Source: Candidatus Kapaibacterium sp.
Lineage (GTDB): Bacteria > Bacteroidota > Ignavibacteria > Kapaibacteriales > UBA7675
Assembly (NCBI GenBank): GCA_028284775.1
Contig: JANQRB010000031.1
Span: forward strand, 3,360 to 67,359
Direction: 5' to 3'
DNA length: 64,000 nt
Shown here: one piece after another, positions 9,033 to 18,317 of the stretch
How positions within the stretch are numbered: the stretch's first letter is position 1
Layout of the letters: each line of letters opens with the position of its first letter
Notes under the pieces: model-generated
Databases searched by the model: none
The model's input: the letters and a program-made list of their open reading frames with translations, nothing else
Told to the model about the DNA's origin: nothing
Position numbers and translations under genes: made by a program

Positions 9033-12000
9033 CTAACAGGAAAACTCAGTATCGTCAAAATCAACGTCGCCCTGGTAAAACAGGATGAGCTCCAGGTTCT
9101 TAAACTTCGCCGGATCGAGCTGGTCGTTGCTTAGTAACTGACTCAAATCCGGGTTAGTCCTCATCGTTGCTACATCGACTTCAATCACCCAGTCACCGAG
9201 CGCGGCGGCCTGTGCGAGTGAACTGGACAAGGTCCCGTAATTGTTGCTAAGCGATATGTTTTCGGCTGTGTTGCCGGCAATGGACAGCGTCATGAAGACC
9301 GGCGCGGCGGGATTCGAAATATCTTCATCAGCATCGAGTTTAAGCGCTATTGAGTTAAGCTGCACGGCATTGAGGTTCGGCAGGAAGACTTTCGAACTGA
9401 TTGGGAAGCTGATTGTCTGGCTGTCGCCTGTCATTGTCATCAGGCTGTGCCACTCGCTCGCAAAGGCCTGTTTAAGGTTCAGATAGGCCGCACCCGGATA
9501 GGGATTGCTGTTCTTCAGTTCATTTTCCACGGCATTGCGAAAGGTCCAGTCGCCGGGAAGAGCGGTATACTTGACGTGCAGCAGAACATCGGCGATGCTA
9601 TCGAAATCGATGCGGTTCGTCGACTTGGGAATTTCCAGTTTCCAGTTAGACACCGCTCCGCTGCCTTCGAAGGGCAGGTATCGTTCATCGTTAAAATCCA
9701 GATGAAATACGCCGGCATCATCAACGCCGCGCGATATGGCGATCTGCTGATTCTGACGCCAACTGACGCGCACACTCGCGTCCGGGTTGGGCGGATCGGA
9801 AAGCAGGGATTGAACCGCCGCGAGCTGGGGATCGATCACCGTATAATCGCTGCACTGCGTCAGCGACGCCTTAATATTCTGAAAGGGCCCGACAAGGGCG
9901 GGAACAGAGACGGACAAGGTTTTAATCTGACGACGATAATGCCCCGGATAGTCGTAGTCGAATAGTCGTTCATCCAGGCTGAAAGTGCATTTACCCGTTG
10001 CTTTCAGTGTTAACAATTGCTCAGGCGCGATCTGCAGCAGCGACACCGTTTTTTCGATTTCCAGCGCCCGCGTATTGTTATCCAGATAGGCTTTTTCCAT
10101 CTGATTGAGCGCGAACATCAGGCTCTCACCGGCCAGCAAGCCCTTATGCGTCGAATCCCAATAGTTGATTGTAACGAAGCTCTCTTCACTGCCCAGCTCG
10201 AACTGATAGGTCCTCTCCGCCTTGCGAGCAAGATCGAGGGCCATCTTGTATGTTTGAAAGTACACGGTCGCAAGGCGATCGAGCATCCATTGATACAGGT
10301 CTTCATTACTGAACTTGCTGCGCAGAAAGGCATCGACGTCACCGGCCTGCTTTATTGAAGTCTGGTGGACCGTTAACTCCTGCTTGCTGCTGTCGATGGC
10401 GCTCTGCGCAGCGGCAATGCGCTTTTCAATCTGGCTGATTTCGGACGCCGCCTGATCTTTGGCATTGCCCCACTCCTCTGCTCGACGTTGATGGCCACCG
10501 ACGATGCCGCTCGTCTGGGATCGATAGTTTTCTATTGCCGCTCCGATTTCAAGCGCGCCGCCGGCCGCCTGGACCACGGATCCGAGCTGTACGCCGCCAT
10601 AAGTCATGGCAAAGGGGGAACCGGCCTGCGGAACGGCATAGGCGATGGATGCCGCCGTATTCATTACCTGTGCGGCAATATTAAAGCCGAGGCCGATGCG
10701 GAGAGAGTCGAGCGTTTCCTGTTCCGCGGCGGACAGCTTTTTGTTAATAAGATCAGTATAGTATTTCTGTCGGGCCTTGGCGCCTTTCAGGCTTTCCTGC
10801 AGCGCCAGCAGGTTGTTTTGGGATTCTTCTATGCTCTTGTTGCGAATCACGGTCTGCAATTTTAACAGATTATTTTCCTGCGTCGAACGCAGAAGAGCCA
10901 ATTGTTCGGCATCTTTCTTTTCCAGCGCCGCCAGAATGGCGCTGCCCAAGGCACTTAGCGCCTCGGTCAGACCTCTGGCCCTGGCCAGAATGACGTTGAA
11001 ACGATAATGCGGCAGAGAACCAAGTCCGTGATTCAGCAGGTCGGCGATGTTATTGCCGGCAGCGGCAGCGCGCACCAGCGTATTCGGATCGATCCGGGGC
11101 TGAAACAAAGCCAGTTGGCGCACGTCGCCCTCGAGGTTCATGCAGTGCCGAATTTTGAATAGGCGATCTTCTACCTTGTTCCAGTAGCCGACGAACTGAT
11201 CATTGGCGGGCACGCAAAACTGCAAATCAAGATCGTTGAAGGCCGTACCGGCAAGAGCACTGCCATGGACCGTAGAGCTACCGGACGGCAGCAGGTGCTC
11301 GGCGTCAATGAGAAACTGCGGGATATCGCCGCCCGAATAGGCCGCCTTGATGGTGTAAAAATCCGTTGGAGGCGCTTCCTCGCAGACGCCAAGATCTACC
11401 GGACGCGGACCAAGCAGGTCATAGGCATAAATGTAGAGCATTGCGGCTTGCGTGATCGACTCCCAGGAATCCTGTGCAAAGTAATAATCCCCCCAGTTAA
11501 TCAGGATGTCGATGTATTTCATGACGATTGTCTTTTCGTACGCACCGATACGCAACTGTGCAATAGCATGGGGATCGAAGGGATCGCTGCTGTAGACGGC
11601 AAGGGCCGGATTAGTGTCGGAAAGCATCTCTCGTAATGTCTGTAAGTGGTGATTGCGAAAGGGCTGAAACTGCCAGAAACGGCTGCCCAGCGTGGCGATC
11701 TGATAATTAAACAGAATGTTGCGCACCATCAGTTGTCGCTCTTCGGTGATCGTTCCGCCTAAAAGAAACGAGAGGTCGGTGTCCGTGCCGAATTCGGTAT
11801 TGACGCGGCCGTCGGCGTCGACGATATAGTTGTCGCCTCCACCGCCATCAACCGTATTTGACTGGAGCTCGCTTGTAATTGTTCCCGAATCCGCCAGGGA
11901 AAACGCCTGTTGCGTCTCAAGGTAGAAGGTATCCTGCCGGATGTTTTGCTCCGCCAGTGTCGGATCAAAGATGTATTTAAGCCAACGCTCCGCCTGCTCG

Positions 12001-15000
12001 AACTGTTGATCGGCGGCCAATCGTGAAGCAACCAAGAAGGGGACGTGAAAAAAGACCTCCCAAAAGTAATTACCGAAAGGGCCATCGAAACTAACCTGCT
12101 CGCCGTCCAGGGCGCTCGGCGGAAGAAGTTTACTACCCGCCTTCAGGCGGTCGAAGGGCATGAGCGGTGTCACCGGTATCTGCTGCGATCGCAACTGCAA
12201 CAGTCTGTCTACGCCACCTGTAAAAAGGTCGCGGCTGAGAGGGTGAACCGCGCGCGTGCTCAATCGGGTTGTCGTGAAATGGAAATCATGAATGTTTACA
12301 GCATTGGTATCGTCGTTGCTGTTCCAATAGTTCAGGGCTGTGGGCGCCGCCAGCGCATAGAGCGTTGTACGGATGAAGGGAAGCTGTTCTTCCGTAATAA
12401 CCCCCGCGCTCAACTCATTTGCAAGGATAGTGCTGAGTGGAACGATTGACAGCAGATCCTTGTCGATTCGTCCCGTGGTATCAATGACGCCATAGGTTTT
12501 CAGCGTCTGGAAAATCGCAGAAGAAGCAGCTTCGTCGATATCCGTCGCAACGAAGGAATTGCTGTAGGCTATCGCATAGTTAAGCAAAATCGCGCTAATG
12601 ATACTTACCTGTCCCGAGGTCAAATCGCCGTTGGCAATTTCGTTTGCAAGAACCGCGTCCAGGCCGATACCCGTGACGGGATCAAGAATAGAGTCAAGAA
12701 TCTCCTGATCGGCAATTCCGTTTTCATCAACGATACCGTAAGTACGCAGCACTGAAAATATATTATTCGATGCCGACGAAGTGATGCCATCGACTATAAA
12801 CGAATGCTCGTCGATAGTGGGAGCCGACACGGTCATGCTCGTACTAATCATGTCGAAATGTTTAGTGTTCGGCTGCAGCAGAAATGTTTCGTCGCCGTTG
12901 TCAAGGATAAAATCGCCCGGCTGATTTTTGATCATCATAGTTTTGGCAGTGGTTCCCGCCAGACTGCTGCAGAGAATGGCATCGCCCATAGCAGTGAAAA
13001 GGGTGCTCTGGACGGCTTCGATCTGGACTGCGCTCAGAGAATACTGCGAGATGACATTCGCCAGGACAAGGTTGAGATCTACCTGCGAGCTGAAAAACGA
13101 AGCGACAAAGTTGTTTGCATCGAGTACGCCATAGGTATTCAGTGCCACATGGATATCATTGGCGGCGGCGGATGAAATGCCCTCGACTTCAAAGTCGGAG
13201 TTAGCCAGGGACGAGGGCGCTGTAATGCCGCCGGAAATCGCTGTGAAGTCGCCGACATAGTCGCCGTGAACCGCGTTTTCAACCGGGCGCAGCAACAAAG
13301 TGTTAAGCGTTGGGTCTATGACCGGCTGGAAGGGCGGCGGGCTATTCTGCGCCTGTCCCCTTTCCAATAGAATAAATTCCGACGGTGTCAAAAGAAACTG
13401 ATCCTCGAGGTCGGCGTTGAGAATACGGCCCTTGTTATAGGACAGATAGCCGCTGTTGCGTGTATCTTCGGTTCGTTTCACTTGCAGCGCGCGCTCGTGC
13501 AGATGTTCGGCAAATTGCTGGCGATCGGAATCGTGTTCCTGCTGCAGCGTCGCGAGGTTGACACCGCTGAGGGCATCGCTTTCCATGAAAGGACCATACA
13601 GCAACAGAATTTTCTCCGCCGCGGTCGCCGGATCAGGCTCACCCTTGAAATTCTGCGGCCCTACATTTAGAGCATAGACTTTGTGCCAGTAGGGGTCATC
13701 CATGTCAAAGATGTTGCGAAAGGGCGCAAGGCTTTCGTAGTCGTTGGCGCCCGCAATTCCTGATGTGTAATACACCAGATCACCCTTAACAAAATTTTGC
13801 GGCTGTACCCATTTGCCGTGAACATCCGTGAAGGAGTAGCGAATCGAGGCGCGGTAGAGATTTTTCTCGGTGGACTTGCTGCCATCCGCCGCCGTGGTAT
13901 GAATGACTGAGTTGGTAGTTTTATTCACTTCCACCCAGAAGACAAACAACTTATTGAATATGTAAATCGGTGTAATCTGCTGCGAAGGAATACTAAGCTC
14001 GAGTTTGCGCCACTCGGTCCATGTTACACCATTCTCCTGTGTACAGTAGTAGTATATCGGCGGATCGGTTTCCGTATGGGCAAAAAGAAAGAGTGTATCG
14101 ATATCGCCGCGCTCGGGATCGGGCACTGTACAACGATAGGCATTGCTGTATTTCAGTTTGGCCAATTCGGCGAAGGATGTGAAATAGGCTTTGAAAGCAT
14201 CGTCGACCGCGCCATCCGAGAGATCCGACTGCAGGAGTTTGTTCTCAAGATCTTTAAAAAGCGCTGTTTTGGAGCTGCGCAGGGATGGGTCGATGTAGTT
14301 CTCGGGATAGAGAAAAATCTGGCGATTAGCCTCCCACACGCGATAGTTCATTATCCATTCCCACCAGGCTTCCGGAATGTCAATTGTTTCGACACCCTGT
14401 TCCAGCCGCAGACGACATCGCTGCAAGTAGAGTTGGACGGAGTTCAGGGCCTGCACGATATAGGATATCTGCGTGCAGCCGCTCATTTCGGGATCGAGCA
14501 GGAAATACTCGTAGAGCTTGCGGGGAGTATTGATATCCGCATAGCTTTGGCCGAGACGCCAGATACTAAGGCTTACAAGTGCGTCACGCCTGCCTTCCAG
14601 CATTCGCTCCTGCAGCTGTTTATAGATCGAATCCCATTGGCTTTCAGAGTATTGCCCTCGCAGGGTTTCCAGCAAGGAGTCTGAAGCATCAGTTAACTTC
14701 TGCCAGTCCGATGTGGTGTAAGTGGCGATGTTCGCGAGATTGCTAATATACACGATATCGACGTTGAGTTTGTTTTGCAGCGCCATTACTGTTTCAAAAC
14801 AATGCAGACTCGAAACGGGATCGGCGCCGCTGCAGTTCAGAGTCTGATTCATTAGTTCCTGAACCGTCGCCTGGTCCCAGCCGGTCGCCGCCGCCATCTC
14901 GTTAACATCGTTTCCGCTCCAGTTTGTAATGAGGCCAAGGAACCGATTGTCGTCATCGCCATAGGCATTGACGAAGTACTTAAACGTCTGAAGGTTTATC

Positions 15001-17384
15001 AGATCGTCCGGTGTCGGCTGGTTCAACGAGGATACTCCGAATGCAGACGGTTGCACGGCAACTTCGACAAGTTCCGTCGCGGTATACCCCAGCTTGCGCT
15101 GTACGAGCAACCACTGTGAGAATGACATTAACATTGCATCGATATAGGGCTGAAAGGCACTTGGATTTCCGGCTGTCGACGACGTCAGAAAAGCATCGGT
15201 ATAACTCGCGGCACCGGCGGGAAGCGTCTGCACCTGAGCAGCGATGGACATCAACGCGGCGACAAGGTCGGCAGACAAACCGAAGAATGCCGCCAGGTGT
15301 TCATGCAGATAATCCTGCCGTTCAGCGGCGGAGGCCGAACTTCCCGGCTGTTGCTGCCAGAGAAGATCCAAAAAGCCCTGAACATTCGCCGTTTTGTATC
15401 CGGTGTCGACATACTTGCTGGTCGTACCGTTAAGAAAGTACTCCGCTTCGTAGACATTGACGCCCGTGTTTTTGAGCCAGGTTGCCAGTTTGATGAAACT
15501 GCGAATGTTGTCGAGCGTCATTGTCTGGATCATGGATTCGGAAAGCAGACTCCAGATTGAAAGACTCTCCCGGATTGAAAGATCCATCGTCTGCGCAAGC
15601 AAGCTATGGCGATACAGAATCGAAAGATTCTGTACTGTCAGATCCAGGACCGTGCCAACGCCAAATACCCATTCACCAAGGTAGTTGAGATCATCCATGC
15701 TGATATTCAGACTCGCGCTAAGCGAAGCGGCATTGATCAAATTCTGATCCAGGTCCGGACCGCTGTTAAGACCTATCGTCCAGGTCAGAGTCGGCGTTGT
15801 CGCAAAAAGCGAATTGAGAGGTGTCGCCATTTCATCGGTATATACCGGATGATATGGCTCATCATCGCCGATAACATCGGGATTGTTAAAGATCGTATCG
15901 AAAAGCGATATACTGTGAGTGCTGTCGAAGACACCCGTGGTTTTTATGTCGTAGAGCAGAGCGCAAACCTGCTCCACGTGCAGACCCTGTTCATCCGCAA
16001 GCTTTTTGATTCCGACAAGATCACTCAGAAGAATGTTGTCGAAATCGGCTGTTCCCGGACCGCCGTTCACTGTCGTCAACGCCCAGTCCAGGTTGCTGTA
16101 CGACCATTCGAGCTTGCGCGCAAGGCGGACAAAGCGCAGGATGTTATCCAGGGCGCCGTTGTTGAGATTGTCGATGACATCCGGATCGGCGTCGGTGGCG
16201 CCGGGACTTATTACAAGCGTATTGGGCGTAATCGAGCGATTGATATAGAATTCACTATTAAGGCCGGCTTGAATCTCATCATCACTTAACTCCTGATACA
16301 GCAGCGATTTCAGATCATCGAGGCTGAGGCTGGTTTGAGCCAGGAAGGCATCAACATTTCCAAGGCCGCCGAGGTCGGCATCGGTGACGCCATAGTATTG
16401 CGCCAGCTCCGCGCCTGTTGAAATGCTTGTTGTGATCCGGTCCCGCTCTTCGAGCGATAGTGAAATTGTTTCGCGGACAACATTGTCAGCTCCGGCATTA
16501 AAGAGATCGAACACTGTGGCCAGGTCCGTCTTGACCTGTGCCAGATAGCTGCGTATTTCAAAAAGCGGCCGATGAAAGGAAAGGTCAAATGGATAGCTGG
16601 CCGTCGCGATGGTCTGATAGACGTCGTCACCGACGCCGAGACCGAGATCGGCTTTCAGATAGCTTTCAAGACTGTCGTTAGCGATTTGTAAATAGGGCAC
16701 CAGACCATTTGTCTTTTCGCAAGTCAGTGGTATCGCTCCGAGATCCGCCCGGCGTTCGAGCAGTTTGAGTCCGGCAGGAATCGTCCCGCTGTTAAGGCTT
16801 GTAATGCGTTTATCCACGATCCGCAACAGGTCGACAAGATAGGCGGCGGCGCCCAGTATCGACTTGCACTCGGAACAATCGCAGTAGTTCTGATTTCCAA
16901 AAGTTTCCTGATACGAGGCAAGGTTTTCGAAAAAGTTGTGGATGTCGCCGCCGGCGTTAGCGCCGATCATCTGACGATAGTGCGGTGAGGCCACGGCGTC
17001 CTTGGCATTGGCCCACACCAGCGCCGCACGCTGCGTCAGTGCAGTTGCATTGCGATATATCTGCCGCGCCAGCTCGCTGTCACCCTGCAGATTGGCCGAT
17101 TGCTCGCTAACAAACTGACTCTCTGATTGTGCAACGATTGCATGCGCCGAATCGAAGCCGTTGTTAATCAATGTTGCGCCGACCGTACTATCCGGGTAGA
17201 CGCGCAGGATTCGCTGATGCACCATGAGTTCGTCGAGCACTGTTTGCTGATCGAGACCACTGAAATCCAGGCCGGCAATGGCGCTTGCGTCGTGGAAGTC
17301 GAATTGTACGACGTTAAAACCTGGATTCTGACTGTAAAACGGATCGACGACGGGCGTTGATATTCTGGGATTAGATTCAGGCAT
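9033..17384 (-). CDS. Tc (ABC) toxin complex subunit A (TcdA/TcA-like)
   Basis: LYEYFLLDPEM...NYRVWEANRQIFLYPENYIDP (ABC toxin N-terminal region), neuraminidase-like region (WTEWRKLEL...LFVFWVE), YFWEVFFHVPFLVA, and TcB-binding domain GLLAGE...DYPGHYRRQIKTLSVSVP...RYLPFEGSGAVSNW. Probable start MPESNP at 17384. Confidence 0.95.
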   Translation of the reverse strand: MPESNPRISTPVVDPFYSQNPGFNVVQFDFHDASAIAGLDFSGLDQQTVLDELMVHQRILRVYPDSTVGATLINNGFDSAHAIVAQSESQFVSEQSANLQGDSELARQIYRNATALTQRAALVWANAKDAVASPHYRQMIGANAGGDIHNFFENLASYQETFGNQNYCDCSECKSILGAAAYLVDLLRIVDKRITSLNSGTIPAGLKLLERRADLGAIPLTCEKTNGLVPYLQIANDSLESYLKADLGLGVGDDVYQTIATASYPFDLSFHRPLFEIRSYLAQVKTDLATVFDLFNAGADNVVRETISLSLEERDRITTSISTGAELAQYYGVTDADLGGLGNVDAFLAQTSLSLDDLKSLLYQELSDDEIQAGLNSEFYINRSITPNTLVISPGATDADPDVIDNLNNGALDNILRFVRLARKLEWSYSNLDWALTTVNGGPGTADFDNILLSDLVGIKKLADEQGLHVEQVCALLYDIKTTGVFDSTHSISLFDTIFNNPDVIGDDEPYHPVYTDEMATPLNSLFATTPTLTWTIGLNSGPDLDQNLINAASLSASLNISMDDLNYLGEWVFGVGTVLDLTVQNLSILYRHSLLAQTMDLSIRESLSIWSLLSESMIQTMTLDNIRSFIKLATWLKNTGVNVYEAEYFLNGTTSKYVDTGYKTANVQGFLDLLWQQQPGSSASAAERQDYLHEHLAAFFGLSADLVAALMSIAAQVQTLPAGAASYTDAFLTSSTAGNPSAFQPYIDAMLMSFSQWLLVQRKLGYTATELVEVAVQPSAFGVSSLNQPTPDDLINLQTFKYFVNAYGDDDNRFLGLITNWSGNDVNEMAAATGWDQATVQELMNQTLNCSGADPVSSLHCFETVMALQNKLNVDIVYISNLANIATYTTSDWQKLTDASDSLLETLRGQYSESQWDSIYKQLQERMLEGRRDALVSLSIWRLGQSYADINTPRKLYEYFLLDPEMSGCTQISYIVQALNSVQLYLQRCRLRLEQGVETIDIPEAWWEWIMNYRVWEANRQIFLYPENYIDPSLRSSKTALFKDLENKLLQSDLSDGAVDDAFKAYFTSFAELAKLKYSNAYRCTVPDPERGDIDTLFLFAHTETDPPIYYYCTQENGVTWTEWRKLELSIPSQQITPIYIFNKLFVFWVEVNKTTNSVIHTTAADGSKSTEKNLYRASIRYSFTDVHGKWVQPQNFVKGDLVYYTSGIAGANDYESLAPFRNIFDMDDPYWHKVYALNVGPQNFKGEPDPATAAEKILLLYGPFMESDALSGVNLATLQQEHDSDRQQFAEHLHERALQVKRTEDTRNSGYLSYNKGRILNADLEDQFLLTPSEFILLERGQAQNSPPPFQPVIDPTLNTLLLRPVENAVHGDYVGDFTAISGGITAPSSLANSDFEVEGISSAAANDIHVALNTYGVLDANNFVASFFSSQVDLNLVLANVISQYSLSAVQIEAVQSTLFTAMGDAILCSSLAGTTAKTMMIKNQPGDFILDNGDETFLLQPNTKHFDMISTSMTVSAPTIDEHSFIVDGITSSASNNIFSVLRTYGIVDENGIADQEILDSILDPVTGIGLDAVLANEIANGDLTSGQVSIISAILLNYAIAYSNSFVATDIDEAASSAIFQTLKTYGVIDTTGRIDKDLLSIVPLSTILANELSAGVITEEQLPFIRTTLYALAAPTALNYWNSNDDTNAVNIHDFHFTTTRLSTRAVHPLSRDLFTGGVDRLLQLRSQQIPVTPLMPFDRLKAGSKLLPPSALDGEQVSFDGPFGNYFWEVFFHVPFLVASRLAADQQFEQAERWLKYIFDPTLAEQNIRQDTFYLETQQAFSLADSGTITSELQSNTVDGGGGDNYIVDADGRVNTEFGTDTDLSFLLGGTITEERQLMVRNILFNYQIATLGSRFWQFQPFRNHHLQTLREMLSDTNPALAVYSSDPFDPHAIAQLRIGAYEKTIVMKYIDILINWGDYYFAQDSWESITQAAMLYIYAYDLLGPRPVDLGVCEEAPPTDFYTIKAAYSGGDIPQFLIDAEHLLPSGSSTVHGSALAGTAFNDLDLQFCVPANDQFVGYWNKVEDRLFKIRHCMNLEGDVRQLALFQPRIDPNTLVRAAAAGNNIADLLNHGLGSLPHYRFNVILARARGLTEALSALGSAILAALEKKDAEQLALLRSTQENNLLKLQTVIRNKSIEESQNNLLALQESLKGAKARQKYYTDLINKKLSAAEQETLDSLRIGLGFNIAAQVMNTAASIAYAVPQAGSPFAMTYGGVQLGSVVQAAGGALEIGAAIENYRSQTSGIVGGHQRRAEEWGNAKDQAASEISQIEKRIAAAQSAIDSSKQELTVHQTSIKQAGDVDAFLRSKFSNEDLYQWMLDRLATVYFQTYKMALDLARKAERTYQFELGSEESFVTINYWDSTHKGLLAGESLMFALNQMEKAYLDNNTRALEIEKTVSLLQIAPEQLLTLKATGKCTFSLDERLFDYDYPGHYRRQIKTLSVSVPALVGPFQNIKASLTQCSDYTVIDPQLAAVQSLLSDPPNPDASVRVSWRQNQQIAISRGVDDAGVFHLDFNDERYLPFEGSGAVSNWKLEIPKSTNRIDFDSIADVLLHVKYTALPGDWTFRNAVENELKNSNPYPGAAYLNLKQAFASEWHSLMTMTGDSQTISFPISSKVFLPNLNAVQLNSIALKLDADEDISNPAAPVFMTLSIAGNTAENISLSNNYGTLSSSLAQAAALGDWVIEVDVATMRTNPDLSQLLSNDQLDPAKFKNLELILFYQGDVDFDDTEFSC

Positions 17385-17528
17385 GAGAATATTCCGTTTA
17401 TGTACTTTGATTGATTTGTTTAATTTTCTATTCGAGCTTGGGATATGGTCAGGCCGGATCGGCAATCAAATACCGATTGTAAGGCTTTCCGGGATTAATG
17501 AATGTCAGTCGACGTTTTGAGATTCAAC

Positions 17529-18317
17529 TCAGGGCGGAACGGATCCATCACTGAGATTTGTGAGGAGAACGGCCGCACTGAGGGTTGCAGGATCACTAAA
17601 CACTGCTGCTCTCCCTTCCAGCTCTTCAAATTGTCCTCGTGTCAGCTTCGGCAGGTCGCCGTCGACTGTCATCTCAAAGAATGGTTCATGCGGCCGATCT
17701 TCGTGGAAGTATTGCATGTGAACGCTTTCGGCGCGGTGGGTTCCGGCTCTCATTTTGAACGATGTATCGACTAATACTTCGGAATTCCCGCTGATAGCTT
17801 TGTCGAAGGGTATCATGAATGTGTTGGCGCCATGCGAGGCCGCCGCCAGATTGTCCTCGTCCTGCGCATCTGAACCCGCTTCACCAACGCCAACACCATG
17901 AAGGATTTCGTACTGATCTTCCACTTTCATATCGATCGACTCCATATAGCGAGTGGCACTGGCCTCGCCGCCCGTCATTCTGCGAAAGTGTTTACGGTGA
18001 GCCGAGGGGTCGCGAGGTGCGGTCCGAGATTTTACACGAACTCGTCCCAGACCGCGAACTTCGGTGGGTCCATCAAAAAACACACCTTGCTTTTCTTTGG
18101 CCTGCCTGGCAGCATGTACCAGTGCCTTAAATCTTGAGTCCTTGGCGCTGGGCACCGTTCGAATGCTCTTCAACGATCGCCCTTTATTAGCCCCTGGTCG
18201 CCGCTTGTCAAGCTCGGCAGCAGCCAGCGATGTAGCCTGGAAAGATGCGGCGCTGCTAACTCCGGGAGTTCTTCGTTCACGTTTAGCTCCACCCTTCCCC
18301 AGAGCTTTGTCGCCCAT
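17529..18317 (-). other. Predicted autoproteolytically released Tc payload (~262 aa), putative His-Me finger (NucA/Endonuclea_NS_2-like) nuclease
   Basis: Follows PVNFVDREGK|M, equivalent to TccC DPDGL|M. Contains EILHGVGVGEAG...DNLAAASHGANTFM, matching the H...NL...N pattern. Confidence 0.6.
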
